A stretch of DNA of 56,666 nt from Candidatus Aegiribacteria sp. (GTDB taxonomy: Bacteria > Fermentibacterota > Fermentibacteria > Fermentibacterales > JCC-6). The notes below the pieces were generated by a model. The model made no database searches. It saw only the letters and a program-made list of their open reading frames with translations, and had not been told where the DNA came from. This document shows positions 28,431-37,922 of this stretch, piece after piece. The stretch's first letter is position 1. Each line of letters opens with the position of its first letter. Made by a program: the position numbers and the translations under genes. The DNA is taken from the NCBI GenBank assembly GCA_030613065.1, contig JAUWMQ010000004.1, forward strand, positions 1 to 56,666, written 5' to 3'.

Positions 28431-28967
28431 ATGGATCGAGAAGAAAGTTTATTTACACCCGTGGATTTTCTGGAAGAAAAAGATTTTATTCGTGCCTGCA
28501 GTTCACGTACCGCTGAAGAACAGGAAGTTATAATAGATCAGGGGTCTTTCAGTAACGATCTATTCATAATCAAGAGTGGTCGTTTCGTAGTGAGTGATTC
28601 AAAGGGAGAAGAATTTGTTCTTGCCGCACTATCCGAAGGTGATGTGTTCGGTGAAATGGCCTTTTTCAGAAGCGGAATAAGATCGGCCACCGTAACATGT
28701 GTTACTCCCGGTGAGATTCTTTTCATAAGCAGGAAATCATTCAGAGAACTGCACGATAAGCATCCTGATCTTGCGATACGGGTCGCGTGCTCTCTGGGGG
28801 GAATGCTTTCAGACAGACTTAAACAGGCCGATTCGACACTCAGCCTTCTTGTGGATGACAGTGAGCTTAGACAGCGTTACGAAATACGCAGGCTTATGAG
28901 TGAACTGAAGGTTTCGGTTCGCAAGCTTCGCACTAATGATCATGAAGTGAACGATCTCCGTTTCTGA
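28431..28967 (+). CDS. Cyclic-nucleotide-binding domain protein (no HTH)
   Basis: IIDQG..LFIIKSG..VFGEMAFF..RSATV phosphate-binding cassette. The C-terminus is helical, not a Crp HTH. Confidence 0.85.
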   Translation: MDREESLFTPVDFLEEKDFIRACSSRTAEEQEVIIDQGSFSNDLFIIKSGRFVVSDSKGEEFVLAALSEGDVFGEMAFFRSGIRSATVTCVTPGEILFISRKSFRELHDKHPDLAIRVACSLGGMLSDRLKQADSTLSLLVDDSELRQRYEIRRLMSELKVSVRKLRTNDHEVNDLRF

Positions 28968-28987
28968 GTTCTCCACCAGGGGTTAAA

Positions 28988-31900
28988 ATGGATAAGAAGA
29001 CATCCAGCCGCTTCAGTGGTATGGGTATTGATCCTCTTACCGGGCTGCTTGACAGATCCTATATTGATAGTGCTGACAAGAAGTATCTCAGTAGGGATAA
29101 ACCCTGGGCGCTTCTAATGCTTGACGTTGATCACTTTAAACTGATAAACGATATCTACGGGCATCTGACCGGGGACAAGGTTCTCAGACAGACGGCCCTT
29201 ACGATACAGATAAATCTCAAGGAATCAGATACCGCTGTAAGATTTGGCGGGGATGAATTCATAGTGATCCTTCCCGATACCTGTGAAGAGGGGGCGCTTG
29301 ATCTGGCCCAGAGGCTGATTTACGAGATAAAGCGTGTTACATTCACTTCCGGTCTTCATCTAAGTCTTTCCATAGGTGTAAGCCAGAGCAGGAATACCGA
29401 TAAATCCATCATGGACCTGGTCTCACGCGCGGACAGGGCTCTGTACAAAGCTAAGGAGGCCGGCAGAGGCAGGTTCTTTTTTTATACTGAGGACCTTACC
29501 GAAAGTGAAGCACCTGAGATCAGCTTTTCGCATCTTGTGGGACGCAGGCCGGAGCTGCAGAAACTGAGACAGCTCCTTGAAGAATCAGTAACCGATTCAA
29601 GCAGATTTGCAATTATTTCAGGTGAGACCGGTGCAGGCAAGACAAGACTTGTGAATGAATTGCTGAATTACTGCAATTTCATGAAATCAGTTGTCGTGAG
29701 AAATTCGGTGATGGAGTATACACAGTCACAGCCATTCTCCCTTCTGACAGAACCGGTCAGGGAAGTGATGGCAAGCCTTACTGACAGCGAACTTAATGTA
29801 GTACGTGCAGCAGTTGAGCCTGTTCACCCTGCCACTCTTGATCTTTTCCCGGATCTTCAGGCTTCCGTTATGGATGATACTATCTACTTCCGCGAAGAGA
29901 GGCTCAGGTTCAGGATATTCAGGGATATTTCAGTTCTTCTTGCAGCTGTATCCTCTATCCACCCGATTACCATTATTCTGGATAACCTTCACTGGATCAC
30001 CGAGCCGGATCTTGCCATACTGTCATTCGTAGCAAGGAATACCTCCACAGCTAACATCCTGTACCTCTGTATTATGAGAAGGCAGGAATCATCTGATGAG
30101 ACGTTCAAAAAACTCTCCTCAATCAGAACGTCACTGCCCCTTCTCAGTCTTGAGATTGGCAAGATGACTGCTGAAGAAACGCGGAATATGATACTGTTTG
30201 CCCTGAAGGATCCCAATGTACCCTCCGAAGTTCAGGAATTTCTTATTTCCCAGTCCGGAGGGAATCCGCTGTTTCTCAGGGAACTTCTTACCTCATGCGT
30301 GGATTCCGGATACATTACGTGCGATAAATCAGGAGAGAAGATATACAGCCTGCCTGACGATCTGGAAGTACCTGACAGTATTGGACAGATCATTATGTTG
30401 AAGCTGTCCGATGTAAGCAGAGAAGCCGGTGAACTGCTGAAAATTGTCTCCCTCTCTCCGGATCAGTTCACACTTTCGCTGCTTGAGGGCATGACCGGTC
30501 GCGATGAGGTTGAACTTGCGCGAAGACTGGATGAATGTATAAAAGCCGGGCTGATTGAGGAGATCAGTGATGGAAGGAACGCCATCAATTTCAGATTTAC
30601 TCATGGTGCTGTAAGGGATTACCTCTCAGCTGACCTTCCTGATTCACTGAAGCTTACATACCACCAGAGAATGGCGGCCTATTTTGAGGCGTTCTTCAAG
30701 AAGGGTAATAAAGAACTTCTTACTGCTGTTGCATATCATTACTCTCACAGCCAGGATGATGAAAATACCGCGCATTATGCCCTGCTTGCCGCAAATCAGG
30801 CCTTTAACAGGGGTGCCAACAGGAATGCAATCCACTGGTATACTCTCTTCCTTGACAGGATTCCCGCTATTTCAGAGTATGCCGGGATGTTCACCATCCA
30901 TATCAACCTGGGTTCACTTTATTCGATTACCGGTGAAGTTGATAAGGCGGACAGCTACCTTAAACTGGCGCTGGAACTGGCTTCAAATCCCAGGGAGCTT
31001 GCTGCAGTTCATTTAAGGCTTGGAAGAAACAATCTGAACAGGAGCCTCTACTCCGAGACTCTTGAAAATTACGACAAGGCTGTAAGTATTTGCAGGGAGG
31101 ATGATTCAACAGATCCTGCCGTTTTCAGGATCTTTGTTGAAGCACTTATTGAAACATCCTTTGTGCACAGGCTTCAGGGAAACTACGATGAAGCCATCGT
31201 TTGTCTTGACCGGGTTGAAAAAGCCTTGAAAAAAGATAACACCAGAGTATATGAAGATATCATGGCTTTGTACTTAACTAGAAGAGCGGATGTCATATCG
31301 GAGCTGGGTTCCCGGGATGATGCTCTTGAACTATATGAGCGATCTCTGGAGATATACAGAAGAATCGATGACATACACGGTCAGGGCACTGTACTGAATA
31401 ACATGCATTCCATCTATTCCCATCATGGTGATTACGCTACCAGTCTCAGCATTATGGAGGAGACTATCCGTATAAATATGAAACTGGATGACAAACTTGG
31501 TCTCTCAATCGGGTACTACAATATCGCTGAATACTACCAGGAGATAAACATGCTTGATCAGGCCAGGGAGTATTACGACAGATACCTGGAACTGAACGAT
31601 ATCATCAAGAATGAACTTGGCTTTGGATATGGCAGATATGGTCTTGGCAAGCTTCACTGGCTTGAGGGAGAACTTGAAAAATCAAGGTTCTACTTTGAGG
31701 GTGCTCTGGAGATATTCGAAAAACTGCGAATCGACCAGATGAAAATATCCTGTGATCTCATGATATGTCAGATCTATGTTCAGATGGGTGAGTATGATAA
31801 GGCGAAAGAGATACTGGATTCCATCAATGATGATACTAAGATTCCAACAGTTGACCTCAATACACTCTACATGAAGGGTCTTGTGCTCCTTCACCATCCT

Positions 31901-32224
31901 GATTCTAACAGGGAATCCCTTGAACATGCAGAGGAGTTGTTAAGAGAAGTCATTAACTCCTCAACTGATCATTCGGAAGTTGATACCGCAATTTACTATT
32001 CAGCGCTGAATACGGCTCTTAATCGTCTTGGCAGAGATGAAGATATGATTGCAGCCCTTAGAGAAGGCTCCTGCAAACTGGCGGAGCAGCTTCAACACAT
32101 TCAATCCTATTTCATAAGGAACAGCATCATGACCAGACGTGAGATCGCCGAATTCATAGACCTCTGCCGCAGTAATGACCTCCCATTCCCGCCTGATGGG
32201 TTTGTTTTCAATGCGAACAGATAA
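28988..32224 (+). CDS. Diguanylate cyclase (GGDEF) - STAND-like AAA ATPase - TPR protein
   Basis: DPLTGL, DVDHFKLIND.YGH..GD, RFGGDEF; VGRRPE and Walker A GETGAGKT, LDNLHW, GGNPLF, FTHG; TPR-like repeats from about aa 640. Confidence 0.88.
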   Translation: MDKKTSSRFSGMGIDPLTGLLDRSYIDSADKKYLSRDKPWALLMLDVDHFKLINDIYGHLTGDKVLRQTALTIQINLKESDTAVRFGGDEFIVILPDTCEEGALDLAQRLIYEIKRVTFTSGLHLSLSIGVSQSRNTDKSIMDLVSRADRALYKAKEAGRGRFFFYTEDLTESEAPEISFSHLVGRRPELQKLRQLLEESVTDSSRFAIISGETGAGKTRLVNELLNYCNFMKSVVVRNSVMEYTQSQPFSLLTEPVREVMASLTDSELNVVRAAVEPVHPATLDLFPDLQASVMDDTIYFREERLRFRIFRDISVLLAAVSSIHPITIILDNLHWITEPDLAILSFVARNTSTANILYLCIMRRQESSDETFKKLSSIRTSLPLLSLEIGKMTAEETRNMILFALKDPNVPSEVQEFLISQSGGNPLFLRELLTSCVDSGYITCDKSGEKIYSLPDDLEVPDSIGQIIMLKLSDVSREAGELLKIVSLSPDQFTLSLLEGMTGRDEVELARRLDECIKAGLIEEISDGRNAINFRFTHGAVRDYLSADLPDSLKLTYHQRMAAYFEAFFKKGNKELLTAVAYHYSHSQDDENTAHYALLAANQAFNRGANRNAIHWYTLFLDRIPAISEYAGMFTIHINLGSLYSITGEVDKADSYLKLALELASNPRELAAVHLRLGRNNLNRSLYSETLENYDKAVSICREDDSTDPAVFRIFVEALIETSFVHRLQGNYDEAIVCLDRVEKALKKDNTRVYEDIMALYLTRRADVISELGSRDDALELYERSLEIYRRIDDIHGQGTVLNNMHSIYSHHGDYATSLSIMEETIRINMKLDDKLGLSIGYYNIAEYYQEINMLDQAREYYDRYLELNDIIKNELGFGYGRYGLGKLHWLEGELEKSRFYFEGALEIFEKLRIDQMKISCDLMICQIYVQMGEYDKAKEILDSINDDTKIPTVDLNTLYMKGLVLLHHPDSNRESLEHAEELLREVINSSTDHSEVDTAIYYSALNTALNRLGRDEDMIAALREGSCKLAEQLQHIQSYFIRNSIMTRREIAEFIDLCRSNDLPFPPDGFVFNANR

Positions 32225-32237
32225 GTCCGGATCATTC

Positions 32238-33614
32238 ATGAAGGGAAATTTCCAAAGAATACTTCTGGTTTTCCCGGAAACCAGGTATCCCTCGGGACAA
32301 CCGCCTTTGGGACTGGGAATGCTGGTTGCGATCTCCAGGAATCTGAACCGCCAGATCGAAGTGTTCGACATGTCCTTCCGAAGCCATCCTTTTGAGGATA
32401 TGAAGGAGGATCTGATCAGATTCAAGCCGGATACCGTGGGTATTTCCATCATGACGCCTCAGCTTGCTGATGCATGCAGAACAGCCGGGATCGTACGGGA
32501 AATGCTGCCCGAAGCTCTGATTATCGCAGGGGGACCCCATGCTACAGTTCTTCCAGATGATACTATCAGGAGAACCGGAGCAGATCTGGTTTACTCAGGC
32601 GAGGCTGAAAAGGCCTGGGCAGCTCTTCTGAATGGCATTGAACCCTCTGATATCCCGGGTATGACAATGATTAAGGAGGGGGAACTCCTTAGCGTTCCCG
32701 GTCTGATGTTGACAGAAGATCTGGATACTCTTCCGCTACCCGACAGGTCAGTATTCGATATGGAGAAGTACTTCGCTTCATGGTACTCTATGGACAGAGT
32801 TGATCCCCGTCTCAGGGGAACATCCATAATGGCAACCAGGGGGTGCCCTTTCAAGTGTACTTTCTGCCAGCCAACTCTTAGTGAGATATTCGGGAAGAGA
32901 ATACGGAAACGTTCCCCCGGGGCAATTGTCGGGGAACTGGAATCGCTTATAGAGAATTACGGTATCACAGCTTTCATGTTTGAAGATTCAACTTTCATAA
33001 TTGATGCAGAATGGGTTAGAAGCATCTGTGAATTGATGATAGAAAGGGAACTGGGGCTTCGGTGGTGCTGCAATGTCAGGGCGGACCTTCTGACTGAGGA
33101 TCTTCTCGATAGCATGATAAAAGCGGGACTCTCCAAGATAAACATGGGCGTGGAATCTGCGTCCCAGAGGGTACTTGATGAGATCTATGAAAAGGGGATT
33201 ACAGTTGATGGAGTAAGAAGAGCCCTCCGCTTGGCGAAGGAGAGAGGCGTTTACGTTCAGGGCTACTTCATGCTGGGAGCTCCAGGTGAAACACATGAGG
33301 AGATGAAACAGACTATCCGTTTTGCCTCACGGGAACCTTTTGATGATGCCCTCTTCGATATAACAACTCCATTTCCACATACTGAACTCTGGGAAAGAAC
33401 GAAGGAGTTCATCAGAAAGGATTACGAGGATTTCGACTGTTTTCACATATCGGTATACGAACTTGAGGGTTTTAAACCTGGTAAGATAGAGAGAATAAAG
33501 AAGAGAGCCTTCTGGAGGTTCTATCTGCATCCCACAAGAATACTCCAGACATTTAAAACGGTTCTTGGCCCCGGAAATCTTAAAAGGACATTGATCAAGG
33601 CCAGGAGGGTTTGA
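32238..33614 (+). CDS. B12-binding domain radical SAM protein
   Basis: PPLGL, GGPHAT (cobalamin-binding), RGCPFKCTFC, FEDSTF, MGVES. Start MKGN at 32238. Confidence 0.88.
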   Translation: MKGNFQRILLVFPETRYPSGQPPLGLGMLVAISRNLNRQIEVFDMSFRSHPFEDMKEDLIRFKPDTVGISIMTPQLADACRTAGIVREMLPEALIIAGGPHATVLPDDTIRRTGADLVYSGEAEKAWAALLNGIEPSDIPGMTMIKEGELLSVPGLMLTEDLDTLPLPDRSVFDMEKYFASWYSMDRVDPRLRGTSIMATRGCPFKCTFCQPTLSEIFGKRIRKRSPGAIVGELESLIENYGITAFMFEDSTFIIDAEWVRSICELMIERELGLRWCCNVRADLLTEDLLDSMIKAGLSKINMGVESASQRVLDEIYEKGITVDGVRRALRLAKERGVYVQGYFMLGAPGETHEEMKQTIRFASREPFDDALFDITTPFPHTELWERTKEFIRKDYEDFDCFHISVYELEGFKPGKIERIKKRAFWRFYLHPTRILQTFKTVLGPGNLKRTLIKARRV

Positions 33615-33624
33615 TCTAGCAGGA

Positions 33625-35040
33625 GTGACTGGAGGAATTTTGAGCAGAGTACTACTTGTCAACCCACCTTCAGCAGTTGGTGTTTACGAGAAAAGTAAAA
33701 TAAGAGTAGCAATAACAAGTGCCCCTTTCATTACCCTTGCCACGCTCGCGGGAGAGCTTCTAAGGGAGGGTCACCATGTCAGGATCGCTGACCTGATGGT
33801 TGAGGGGGATCCATTTAATACCTACAGGGGAATCCTTGAAGGGTTCCGACCGGAGTATGTCGGGATTACTTTTACAACACCTCTTTTTCATGAGGCTGCT
33901 GAGCTTGCGGGAATGGTTCATGAGCTCCTGCCGGAATCCACGACCATAGCCGGGGGAATACATGCCTCGACACTTCCACGGGAATCCCTGGAATCGGGTA
34001 ACTTCGATCTTGTGGTACTGGGTGAAGGTGAAAAAACCATTGCGGACATATGCGCTGCTACAGATCCTCAGAATATCAAAGGTATTGCCTTCGGAAGGGG
34101 CGATGATTTTACGGTAACACCTGACAGGGAGCTTATTGCTGACCTGGACGATCTTCCGCTGCCGGCCTGGGAGCTTCACGACCTTTCGCGATACAGATCA
34201 CCGCACATCGCCAGCAGAGACAATCCGGTCGGGTACATGGAAACGAACAGGGGCTGCAATCATCATTGCACATTCTGCAGCCAGAGAGTATTCGGCCATA
34301 GTATCAGATCGAAGTCCTCAAAAAGGGTCATCGATGAGATGTTCAGGATGCTTGCGTTGGGCTTCAAGGACATTCACATTAAAGACGACAATTTTACCGC
34401 TGATATAGAAATGGCCAAGGAGACCTGCAGATTGCTGATAGAAGAAAAATTCCCCGCCCCCTGGGCTCTTCCCACTGGTGTTAATGTTGCGGATGTTGAC
34501 AGCGAGTTTTTCCGGCTGGCCAGGGAAGCCGGCTGTTATCAGATCTCTTTCGGTATCGAGAGCGGTGTACCCGAGATACTCAGCGGTGTTAACAAAAAGC
34601 AGTCCCTTGAGAAGATCAGGGAAGCTGTTGAAATGGCTCACGATGCCGGTCTTGAAACGGTAGGCTTTTTCATGATGGGGCTGCCCGGTGACACAGAAAA
34701 GACCATGAAACGGAGTATCCGTTTTGCGCAAAGCCTTCCCCTGACATACGCAAAGGCATCAATGACACTCCCATTTCCCTCTTCCGCTCTTTACCGGCAG
34801 ATAAAGAATGATGGAAGAATCCTCTCTGAGGACTGGCGCAAGTACAACTTTCATTCCACATCGGAGGTATGGAAGCACGAAAATCTGGATTGGAGAACCA
34901 TCCAGCATTACTACTCGCTCTTTCACAGAAAATTCTACTTCAGACCTTCCTACATCTGGGGAAGATTCTGGCGGGACATCAGAATGGGGCAACTTTGGGA
35001 TGACATCAAAGCGGTCCTGGCGAACGACTGGTCGGGCTGA
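33625..35040 (+). CDS. B12-binding domain radical SAM protein
   Basis: LLVNPP, GGIHAS, RGCNHHCTFC, DDNFT, FGIESG, GLPGDT. Confidence 0.88.
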   Translation: MTGGILSRVLLVNPPSAVGVYEKSKIRVAITSAPFITLATLAGELLREGHHVRIADLMVEGDPFNTYRGILEGFRPEYVGITFTTPLFHEAAELAGMVHELLPESTTIAGGIHASTLPRESLESGNFDLVVLGEGEKTIADICAATDPQNIKGIAFGRGDDFTVTPDRELIADLDDLPLPAWELHDLSRYRSPHIASRDNPVGYMETNRGCNHHCTFCSQRVFGHSIRSKSSKRVIDEMFRMLALGFKDIHIKDDNFTADIEMAKETCRLLIEEKFPAPWALPTGVNVADVDSEFFRLAREAGCYQISFGIESGVPEILSGVNKKQSLEKIREAVEMAHDAGLETVGFFMMGLPGDTEKTMKRSIRFAQSLPLTYAKASMTLPFPSSALYRQIKNDGRILSEDWRKYNFHSTSEVWKHENLDWRTIQHYYSLFHRKFYFRPSYIWGRFWRDIRMGQLWDDIKAVLANDWSG

Positions 35041-35125
35041 TTAAATAGGGACGGAGGCTTTTTAAACGCAAATGGTGAATAAAACATACCAATGCTCATT
35101 AATAGATACACATTATTAGCGTCTC

Positions 35126-35680
35126 GTGAATAAAATGCCTCCGTCCCTATTTATTAGTAGCTTGCAGAGCCAGTTCGGCGAGGTATCCATTGTTTTCTTT
35201 AATACTACATCAGGTCCAACTGTAAAAAGGATTTTCCTCAGCAGCGAAAATACATCCGGGTCAATCCTTGCATTCAGATCATTCCCTGAAATTCACGATG
35301 GATCAACTGAATCAATCAGAATACTCGCAGGAGAAATCAGGAAATTGTTCTCAGGAGGAATACCGGAGTTCAATATCCGTATTCTCGATTTCAGTGTTTG
35401 CTCGGGTTTTCAGCGAAAAGTGCTTATGGAGGAGAGAAAAATCCCCAGGGGAGATGTCCGAAGTTACGGCTGGCTTGCCCTCAGGATAGGGGAGTCCGGC
35501 GCAGCAAGGGCTGTTGGCAACGCACTGGCCACCAATCCATTTCCATTGATTATTCCATGCCACAGGGCAATCAGGTCAGATGGCACTATTGGCGGCTTTC
35601 AGGGAGGTACTGCTATGAAACGCGACCTCCTTGAGATGGAGGGGATAACCTTTAATCACTCAGGCAGAGTGCAGACTTAA
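35126..35680 (+). CDS. ogt: Methylated-DNA--protein-cysteine methyltransferase
   Basis: IPRGDVRSYG, RAVGNA..NP, IIPCHR active site. Confidence 0.93.
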   Translation: MNKMPPSLFISSLQSQFGEVSIVFFNTTSGPTVKRIFLSSENTSGSILAFRSFPEIHDGSTESIRILAGEIRKLFSGGIPEFNIRILDFSVCSGFQRKVLMEERKIPRGDVRSYGWLALRIGESGAARAVGNALATNPFPLIIPCHRAIRSDGTIGGFQGGTAMKRDLLEMEGITFNHSGRVQT

Positions 35681-35714
35681 TCTCTTCCGGTATGTTCAGT
35701 GCTGGCTATCTGCG

Positions 35715-35740
35715 AATGAGACATTATAAAAAGTCTCATT
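35715..35740. repeat. 8-bp inverted repeat after ogt (terminator or operator)
   Basis: AATGAGAC, 10 nt, GTCTCATT. Confidence 0.5.
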
Positions 35741-35764
35741 ATCAGAAGAATCCTGTAAAACGCA

Positions 35765-35792
35765 TTGACATGGAAAGTGAGACAAATAATAT
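35765..35792 (+). promoter_or_regulatory. Sigma70-type promoter upstream of the Omp28-like gene leader
   Basis: TTGACA, 16 nt, TAATAT. Confidence 0.45.
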
Positions 35793-36095
35793 TTCTTATT
35801 GAAATTATAGGAATTATCTTACATATGGAGGTGGGACATGTATTTGCATCATAGAATCTGATTAACAGTCATGAACTCCGTGAGAGTTCCAGAATAACAA
35901 TACGCAGCTAGTTGCTGTTCCTTCAAATGAACTGACTCCCTGTTAATTCACAGCAGCCATGCTGTGTAACAGTGGAGGAGGTACAGATATGCTGCAGTTA
36001 TCCGCAGCTTTCATAAAACCGACTGAGTAGAGCCACAAAAAATTGCCTGACATGAAATCGCAATAAATTCAAAATTACTTAATCGGGAGATCATA

Positions 36096-37106
36096 ATGAA
36101 AATTTATATTACAATATTGATATTAATAATATCATGTATGACATTCGCTGCAGAAAGGGTCGTTCTTCTTGAGGATTTCACAAATTGCGGATGTGGTCCA
36201 TGCTGGAGCTTCGAACCTACTCTGAATGCTTTCATAAGCAGCCATTCCGGCGACCTTGCCGTTGTTCGGCCACATGTATCATGGCCGTCGTCCTCCGATC
36301 CCATTTATCAGGCAAATCCGGGTGAGCAGAACTATCGCAGGAGTATTTACGGAGTAAATTTGGTTCCCTGGATTCAGTTTGATGGAACCATAAAGGCTAC
36401 TTTAAGTTCCGGCGGACTGATCAGTGCTTTCAACTCCAGAATGGCCGTTCCATGTTATCTGGAGATCCAGGTGGAGAACTACGTGAGCTTCGGGACAGGT
36501 ACAATAGAGATCACCATGATCGCTGAGGAGGATCTTGGTGATACGAACCTGAAGGTTCATGCGATCATAGTTGAGAGCGGGATACCCGGCACAGGGTACT
36601 TTGCCAGTTCAACTTTCGAGCAGGCTTTCAGAGAGGAACTTTTCGGCAGCAGCGGGCAAGATGTAGTTTTTGGACCATCGTATCCTGACACTGTTGTTGT
36701 GAATGTGGATTATGACACAGGTATCTGGGTGTTCAGTAATCTTCACCTGGCAGTGTTCGTGCAGAATCACAGTTCTTCCGGTACAGAAGTACATAACGCC
36801 TGGTACGATTATCTTGGAGCTGTAACAGGTGTAGAAGGACAGGAATATGAAGAATTGAATGGTGATGAGCTGGTAGTACAGGTCAGTCCTAATCCCTCAA
36901 ACGGAAGAATTTCCATTACAACTGGAAAGCTTAATGAGGGAACTGCTGTTCTTGCTATTTACGATACCAGCGGTAGATGTATCACAAACATGACTGTTCG
37001 GGATGACGAAGTATCCCGGTTTGAAATAGATGAAACCGGAGTGTACTTCGCAAGAATAACCTCAGGAGGACAGATAGGCACCTCCAGAATTGTGGTTATC
37101 AGATAG
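36096..37106 (+). CDS. Omp28-related secreted protein with T9SS type A-like C-terminal domain
   Basis: Signal peptide, VLLEDFTNCGCGPC thioredoxin-like motif, YGVNLVP, C-terminal VSPNPSNG...GVYFARI. Confidence 0.8.
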   Translation: MKIYITILILIISCMTFAAERVVLLEDFTNCGCGPCWSFEPTLNAFISSHSGDLAVVRPHVSWPSSSDPIYQANPGEQNYRRSIYGVNLVPWIQFDGTIKATLSSGGLISAFNSRMAVPCYLEIQVENYVSFGTGTIEITMIAEEDLGDTNLKVHAIIVESGIPGTGYFASSTFEQAFREELFGSSGQDVVFGPSYPDTVVVNVDYDTGIWVFSNLHLAVFVQNHSSSGTEVHNAWYDYLGAVTGVEGQEYEELNGDELVVQVSPNPSNGRISITTGKLNEGTAVLAIYDTSGRCITNMTVRDDEVSRFEIDETGVYFARITSGGQIGTSRIVVIR

Positions 37107-37154
37107 AACGGCCAATGGTGACTGAAATCCGTGAATTGGAGGATAGACTGAATT

Positions 37155-37775
37155 ATGTACAAGCAATTCATATTGTTCTTCATGCTGGCATTTAATGCCG
37201 GTGGAGGCAGTATTGAGATCGGCACTGATGAGTTCTTTTCGAACAATCCCTTCTGTGCCAGTTGCGCAGACGATATGAGATACCAGACCCTCTACCTTGA
37301 GAGTGAAATAGGAAATTCTATCGAAATACAGTCAATATCACTTATGAGGACACCGGCGGGAGGTACCAGCGTCACACTGGATACACTTGCCATATACATC
37401 GGATACTCGAAGGGCGGTGAGCTCGGGACTAATTTTGATGGCAATTACCAACCAGGAACGAAACAGCTGGTATTCTGGGAAGAAAATTGTACCATCAATG
37501 CGCCTGAGCCTATCCAGTGGTTCTCTATAGATCTTGAAAACCCGTTCAACTACAATGGCATCGGCAACCTCATCATAGAGTATACATGGCCTGATGGTCA
37601 CGATGAGGTCTTCAACTATAACTGGACAGGAACATTAAAGAGATCTTTGACAGGCGGATGGGCATCCTCTACCGGTTTCACGACCCAGGATTGTCCCCAC
37701 ATTCTGCTTTCAGGTAACCTGAGCCTCCAGAGTGAGACATTCGGCTTCATAAAAAGCCTTTTCGGCAGGGAGTAG
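37155..37775 (+). CDS. Secreted hypothetical protein ending in TFGFIKSLF
   Basis: Signal peptide, beta-rich body (RYQTLY..EIG, YNGIGNLIIE), amphipathic terminal motif. Confidence 0.75.
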   Translation: MYKQFILFFMLAFNAGGGSIEIGTDEFFSNNPFCASCADDMRYQTLYLESEIGNSIEIQSISLMRTPAGGTSVTLDTLAIYIGYSKGGELGTNFDGNYQPGTKQLVFWEENCTINAPEPIQWFSIDLENPFNYNGIGNLIIEYTWPDGHDEVFNYNWTGTLKRSLTGGWASSTGFTTQDCPHILLSGNLSLQSETFGFIKSLFGRE

Positions 37776-37794
37776 AATCAGTATACGGTAGAGC

Positions 37795-37825
37795 AGCGCC
37801 AGTGGAGCTAAACTCCACTGGCGCT
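37795..37825. terminator. 13-bp perfect hairpin downstream of the secreted-protein genes
   Basis: AGCGCCAGTGGAG-CTAAA-CTCCACTGGCGCT. No clear U-tract. Confidence 0.55.
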
Positions 37826-37922
37826 TCGTAATAAACCGAATCTGATTTGAATATACCGATATTCTAGTATGTTTCAGGCTTCCATTTCTATCGATGTACA
37901 AAGATGCTGAAAGGTCAAAATA

